DNA of 64,000 bases from the human T2T-CHM13v2.0 reference genome, Homo sapiens. Position numbers and translations under genes: made by a program. Positions 52,859 to 64,000 of the stretch are shown one piece after another. Numbering within the stretch: position 1 is the first letter of the stretch; every line of letters begins with the position of its first letter. The notes under the pieces are model-generated. The model saw only the letters and a list, made by a program, of their open reading frames with translations, searched no databases and was not told the origin of the DNA. The stretch lies in NCBI RefSeq assembly GCF_009914755.1, contig NC_060935.1; one strand, written 5' to 3'.

Positions 52859-55311
52859 TAACAGAGACGGGGTTTTGCCATGTTGGCGAGGCTGGTCTCA
52901 AACTGACAAGTGATCTCCCCGTCTTGGCCTCCCAGAGGATTGGGATTACAGGCATGAGCCACTTGTGCCTGGCCATAGGGCCTGCACTTTGAAGCACTAT
53001 GCAATTATTTGGAGTGAAAGTTTCTTTGAAATTCTGACGAGTTATGATCTAGGCATACAAAGTTTGCTTATAATTCAGGTGGTTCATGGACTTGAGAGCA
53101 GGGTTCACAATTCTTGCATCTCTAGGAATACATGGATCTCATGTTAAATGCTGGACTTTGCTTATAGCATAGGGTGTTTTTTTTGTTTTCCATATTTTTG
53201 TTTTTAGAGACAGTCTTACTCTGTCACCCAGGCTAGTATGCAGTGGCTCCATCATAGCTCACTGCAGCCTTGAACTCGTGGGCTCAGGTGATCCTCCCAT
53301 GTAGCTAGAACTACAGGTGCATGTCATGTGTCTGGCTAATTAAAATAAATTTTTTTGTAGGGATAGGCTCTCACTGTGTTGCCCAGGCTAGTCTTGAACT
53401 CCTGGGTTCAAGTGATCCTCCTGTCTGGGCTTCCCAAAGTGCAGGGATTACAGACATAAGCCACTACGACTGGCCTCTTTCTTTCTTTCCTACTTTCTCT
53501 TTAGAGACGGAGTCTCACTTTGTCGCCCAGGCTGGACTGCAATGGCGTGAGCTCGGCTCGCTGCAACCTCCAGGTTCAAGTGATTCTTCTGTCTCAGACT
53601 CCCAAGTAGCTGGGACTACAGGTGCACGCCACCACACCCAGCTAATTTTTGTATTTTTAGCAGAGACAGGGTTTCACCATATTGGTCAGGCTGGTCTTGA
53701 ACTCTTGACTTCAGGTGATCTACCTGCCTCGGCCTCCCAAAGTGCTGGGATTACAGGTGTGAGTCACTGCACCTAGCCATGAATGGCCTGTTTCTTAAAT
53801 TTGTATACATTTGGTTGCTGTTGTAAATGGAGTCAAAGGTTTTTCTAAGGATGTTTATAAAAACTTTCTTCGGCCCAGTCCAGGTGTAGGCATTCTAACC
53901 TCAAGCCACCATTTTCTCTTCCTGGGCTATCTCAGTAGCTTCCTAATTAGCCTTACTGTTTATAAAGCAGATCATGTCAGGGCTGTGCTTTTAGTCCCCC
54001 CGCATCCCCAGTATACTCAACATAACACCCTTGATGGGATTGCAGGGCTCTGTGACCTGGCTCTTTCTACCAGTCACATTGGCCTTTTTTTGTTTGTTTG
54101 TTTTTTTTTTGAGACCGAGTTTCACTCTGTCACTCAGACTGGAGTGCAGTGGTGTGAACTTGGCTTATTGAAGCCTTGACCCCTTGGGCTCAAGTGATTC
54201 TCCCACCTCAGCCTCCCAAGTAGCTGGGACCACAAGTGCATACCATCAGGCCTGGCTAATTTTTGTATTGTGTTGGTAGAGATGGGGTCTTGCCGTGTTG
54301 CCCAGGCTGGTCTTGAACTCCTGGGCTCAAGCAATCCACCCACCTCAGTCTCCCAACGTGCTGGGATTACAGGTGTGCATCACCATACCTGGCTATACTG
54401 GCTTTCTGACAGTCCCCAGAGCTACTGGTTGTCACAGGTCCTTTGCACCTGTGCTTCTTCTGCCTGAATGCTCTTTCTCCAGTGCTCTGCATGGCTGCCT
54501 CCTTTCACTTATGCAGGTTTCAGTTAACTGTCAACATTGCTGAGAGGCATTCCTTGGCCATAATTTTTATTATTGTTATTATTATTTTGAGATGGAGTTT
54601 CACTCTTGTTGCCCAGGCTGGAGTGCAATAGCTCGATTCCTTGACCATCATTTCTAGAGGAATGCTCTTCCACCCTGATGTTCTCTAGCTCCTACCTCAT
54701 TTACTTCCTTCTTGCATTTATCAGAAGCTTTAATTTTTTGTATATTTATCTGTTTACTTCATTGCTGGCTGTCTCTTTTACTAGAATGTAAGCTCCATAA
54801 TGGCAGTGACTAGTTTTTTTCTTACTCATGGCTCATAGTGACTGGTACATAGGAGGCACTCAAAAATATTTGTGAAAAATGAATAAATTAGTCTCTGGCC
54901 AATCAAGTTCCAGGCAGTCCTTTGAAAAAATATTTTTTCTTTCCTAGTTCCCGGGTATGTCAACCTCCAGATTTTCCACTGAGATGGCTCATTGGTGATG
55001 CCCTTCTGGCCTGGGCTATTACCAGCTTAAGCATTGATGTCATTTGAATATTTATTTAATCATTTCTGGGGGTTCTGGTGACATGTTCCAACGGTTATGT
55101 CATTTATCTTTTTTCCTGTACGTGAGATAGCTCTTTTTTTTTTGGACAGGATTTCACTCTTGTTGCCCAGGCTGGAGTGCAATGGTGGGATCTCAGCTCA
55201 CTGCAACCACTGCCTCCTGTCTCAAGCGATTCTCCTGCCTCAGCTTCCTAAGTGGCTGGGACTATAGGCACATGCCACCATGCCCGGCTACTTTTTGTAT
55301 TTTTTATATAG

Positions 55312-55428
<117 letters not shown>

Positions 55429-56234
55429 TAGCTCTTAAGTCAGTACATATATCTCCACTGTCCTTCAGTTCTGTGGCAAAAGAGCTTTTTGAAATTCTTG
55501 ATTTCCAGAGTACAACAAAATTTTTGTTTGTTTGTTTGTTTGAGATGAAGTCTTGCTTTGTCCCCCAGGCTGGAGTATAGCCTTGACCTTCTCAGGCTCA
55601 TTGCTGGCTGTCTCTTCTACTAGAATGTAAGCTCCCACCTCAGCTTCCTGGGTAGCTGCATCTATAGGCACATGCCACCATGCTAATTTTCATATTTTTT
55701 GTAGAGATGGGTTCTCACCATGTTGCCCAGGCTGGTCTTGATCTCCTGGACTCAGGCAATCCTCCCACCTCGGCTTCCCAAAGTGCTGGGATTACAGGCA
55801 TGTGCCACTGCACCCAGCCACAACAAAAGTATTAGGGTCCATAATATATTGTAAAATTGAAAAAGAGGCAACTCCCTTAATGGAAGGGAGGGTTCAGTGA
55901 GTGGGAGTTCAGCCTGCTTGAGTATCATCCACTTTCTCAGCTCAGATAGTTCCCTGCCCCTAGGCAGAATCAATCACTGCCTTCTCTCTGCTCCCATAGC
56001 ATACAGGACATGTCTTCATTACAGCACGTGTCACCTGGGTTGTACTCTAATTGTGTGTTTGTAATGTCCTCAAGGAGCTTAGTCACTTGTAGTTTTTCAG
56101 TACATGCTTGTTGATTGAATGATGAGTGCTTTTGCACCAAGCTTTTGCAAATCTTGGGAGAGCTTACTACCTTCTGGTAAGGCTGTGCTCATCCTGGATG
56201 GTTCTGCCTATGGTTTGGGGGTTCTTCCCTCTGA

Positions 56235-56514
<280 letters not shown>

Positions 56515-56699
56515 TGATCTACCTGCCTTGGCCTCCCAAAGTGCTGAGATTACAGGCATGAGCCATGGCACCTGGCCTATTTTTTGCTTTTTTAATGCTT
56601 GGCTTCGGATTATATCATTGTGTGGAGATAGCATGCTTGGATTCAAGTGTACTATTTGTAAATTGTAAGGAAACAATTATATATGTTTATTGTTTATAA

Positions 56700-56927
<228 letters not shown>

Positions 56928-57819
56928 TAAGTCAGCAGGGGGTGCGGCCACTGACTTGGCCTAGCAGAGGCAGAGGGAAGCTAATACTGGAGATCGGTTT
57001 GAACTGGCCAGCTTTTCCAAGCCTATCCTGTACAGTCAGGGACAGTACTGTGCCACCCCTCTGCTATGCTGCCTGCTATTTCAGGCTTCAGTGTAGGCTG
57101 ACTGAATGGTCCCTGGTCCCTAGGATGGGGTTCAATGCTTATATCCAAGGCCACAGGAGCTACTGCCCTGGGTCTGGTTCTCTAGCACAAGCATCTGTTT
57201 AGGATGTGCTGAGGGGTTGTTGTTACTCCTTGCAGACTGATATTGTAAGTGACAACTTTACCTCCTTAGCATGTCTAAGTTGGATGCTGGTCTTGCCGGG
57301 TACGGTGGCCCACGCCTGTAATCCCAGTGCTTTGGGAGGCCGAGGTGGGTGGATTGCTTGAGGTCAGGAATTCGAGACCAGCCTGGCCAAGATGGTGAAA
57401 CCGCGTCTCTACTAAAAATACAAAAAATTAGCTGGGTGTGGTAGTGCACACCTGCAGTCCTAGCTACTTAGGAGGCTGAGGCAGGAGAATAACTTGAACC
57501 TGGGAGGCGGAGGTTGCAGTGAGCCGAGATTGCGGCATAGCACTCCAGCATGGGCGACAGAGCGAGACTCCATCTCAAAAAAAAAAACCAAAGTAAATAA
57601 ATAAAACTACTACTTAAAAAGATAAAATAAAATAAAATGGATGTTGATGTTAAAGAGGTTTGCAGTGAGGCCATGCAGACCAGCAAAGGGTTTCTGTGTC
57701 CCTTGGGAACACTTGGCTCTGCCATATCTGAATTGATGTAACCTATTCATGAATAGGTTCACATTCATGGATTCATTGATATTTTCAATTTTGGCTAGAG
57801 CTCTTTGGGTTGGAAGGAG

Positions 57820-57848
57820 CAGTGATTCACTCAGTGATTCACTCAGTG
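57820..57848. repeat. 12-bp tandem duplication
   Basis: cagtgattcact cagtgattcact cagtg. Confidence 0.9.
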
Positions 57849-59559
57849 GTTGTCTCAGGGAAACAGAGGTTTATGGAGAGGAAAGACAGAGTGGCCAAGG
57901 TTGGGGAGCTAGAAGGAGCCATGTCACTGCCTCTGTCTTCCTCCTCCTCCTGAGGACTGCAGTGCTCCCTGCTCGTGGTGACACTGCTCTCCGTGTTCTC
58001 CATGTCTACTCTGTCCTCCTGTCTTGCATTGCTCTTCCTAATCACATGCATAGAGCTCTCTCCAGCTTGTCTCCCTAAAGTGAGTGCCATGAATTTACTT
58101 CCTACCTTAGATTGGTATTTCCCTATGCTTATCCCAAACTGGTCCTCAGGTATCTTAGGGGTCCCCTCTTCTGCTGGTTTTGTGCAATTTTGTAGACAAG
58201 GCGTAATCATCCTGTTCTTGTTCATACCATTCACTGTGTTGGCCATAGCTCAAAGTGATTACAGTTGTCGCCTTACTGTCAGCTGAAGAATCACAGTCCT
58301 TCTAGCTTTTCCTCATGTGGCAGGCTTTTTGTTTCTTGATCTTTTTTTTTTTGAGATGGAGTTTTGCTCTTGTTGCCCAGACTGGAGTGCAATGGCACGA
58401 TCTCGGCTCACTGCAACCTCCACCTCCCGGAGGTGGAGCGATTCTCCTGCCTCAGCCTCCCAAGTAGCTGGGATTACAGGCATGCACCACCACACCTGGC
58501 TAATTTTGTATTTTTAGTAGAGACGGGGTTTCGCCATGTTGGCCAGGCTGGCCTCAAACTCCTGACCTCAGGTTGTCCACCTGCCTCGGCCTCCCAAAGT
58601 TCTGGCATTACAGGCGTGAGAGCCCGGCCTGTTCTCTTGATCTTTTTAGCCGCCTTTCCTTTAACCTTCTCCCACCTCTATTGAAGTAAATTTGTCAGGA
58701 CTTCACACAATGTTTGAGGTGCTGAGGGCTTCTGGTCATGTTTGTAGGATGAATTTATAGGAGTGGCTTCTGTTTCCAGTACCTAGCTTGATGGATGGAA
58801 GGAAACTGTCATTGGTTATGGGCCAGCTGCATACCAGCTTTTATGCCAGCTGCCTTTATATACCTGCTAGTGGTGGCTAACACCCTTTTTTATCCTGTAA
58901 GGAGAGTGTGAATTATTTTTCACTTTTTTTTTTTTGAGATGGAGTCTTGCTCTGTCGCCCAGGCTGGAGTGCAATGGCGCAATCTTGGCTCACTGCAACC
59001 TCGGCTCACTGCAGCCTCTGCCTCAGCCTCCTGAGTAGCTGGGATTACGTGTGTGTGCCACCACGCCGGGCTAATTTTTTTATTTTTAGTAGGGACGGGG
59101 TTTCGCCATGTTGATCAGGCTGGTCTTGAACTCCTGATCTCATGATCTGCCCGCCTTGTCCTCCCAAAGTGCTGGGATTACAGGCGTGAGCCACCACGCC
59201 CGGCCTATTTTTCACTTTTTAAAATAAGTTGGCCAGGCATGGTGGCTCACACCTGTAATCCCAGCACTTTGGGAGGCCGAGTTTGGAGGATTGCTTGAGC
59301 TCAGGAGTTTGAGATCAGTCTGGTCAATGTGGCGAAACTCTGTCTCTGTAGAAAATTCAAAAATTAGCTGGGGGTGATGACATGCACCTTTAGTCCCAGC
59401 TACTTCCGAAGTTGAGTTAGGAGGATCGCTTTAGCCTGGGAGGTTGAGGCTGCAGTGAGCCGAGACTGCATCACTGCTCTTCAGCCTGGGGGACAGAGAG
59501 AACCTGTCTCAAAAACAAATAAAATGAGTCATTAAAATGTAGGTATATATATATTTTAC

Positions 59560-63500
<3,941 letters not shown>

Positions 63501-63700
63501 AATATAAAATATTTTGCATTACTCTTTTCCTGTTAGCTGTCCTAATAGATTGTTGTTAATGGTGGATGAGATGAGTGGTTTATTTTGGACTTGTCCATGT
63601 TGAAAAACAGATTCTTGAAATATACCTCCTGCATTATTTTCTTCTACCATCATCCACACTAGCTTGGATTATTACTTCTTTTTTTTGTTTGTTTTTTTGA

Positions 63701-63805
<105 letters not shown>

Positions 63806-64000
63806 TGAGTAGCTGGGATTACAGGCATGCACCACCACCCCGGCTAATTTTGTATTTTTAGTAGAGACAGGGTTTCTCCATGTTGGTCAGGCTGGCCTTG
63901 AACTCCCGACCTCGGCCTCCCAAAGTGCTGGGATTACAGGTGTGAGCCACTGCTCCCGGCAGGATTATTACTTCTTATGAGTTTAGAGTCTTCTGTAAAA

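Noticed and set aside
57820-57848. Duplicated TGATTCA as tandem AP-1 sites
   Set aside because: Non-consensus core and ordinary slippage duplication; recorded only as a repeat

Overview
Human (or very closely related great-ape) genomic DNA from the BACE1-CEP164 locus. Minus strand: the complete 9-exon BACE1 (beta-secretase 1) CDS (28599->2371; exon lengths sum to 1506 nt = 501 aa + stop; all introns GT-AG), its uORF-containing GC-rich leader, an intron-2 alternative first exon, and 2.37 kb of 3'UTR running off the left edge. Plus strand: the CpG-island promoter, 5'UTR exons and first two coding exons of CEP164. The rest is dominated by roughly 70 Alu copies or fragments plus MIR, L1, L2, LTR and DNA-transposon relics, and most ORF-track entries are Alu or GC-rich artefacts. 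The most interesting structure is a processed PRR13 retrocopy (48234-49338, minus) inside CEP164 that looks reused on both strands. (i) Its target-site duplication, poly(A) tail and 3'UTR end supply the branch point, polypyrimidine tract, acceptor and donor of a 76-nt CEP164 5'UTR exon that carries a uORF and is antisense to the PRR13 mRNA 3' end. (ii) The 1-nt deletion that killed the PRR13 frame fuses most of the PRR13 body to an ATG in flanking DNA, giving an uninterrupted 179-aa chimeric ORF downstream of a same-strand MaLR LTR and upstream of an intact AATAAA. Also seen: two short locally templated insertions inside repeats, a perfect 45-bp duplication in the CEP164 promoter, closely spaced inverted Alu pairs, and a BACE1 uORF separated from the main ORF by a single in-frame TAG. 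Function of these observations cannot be shown from sequence alone; repeat family names and boundaries are by eye.
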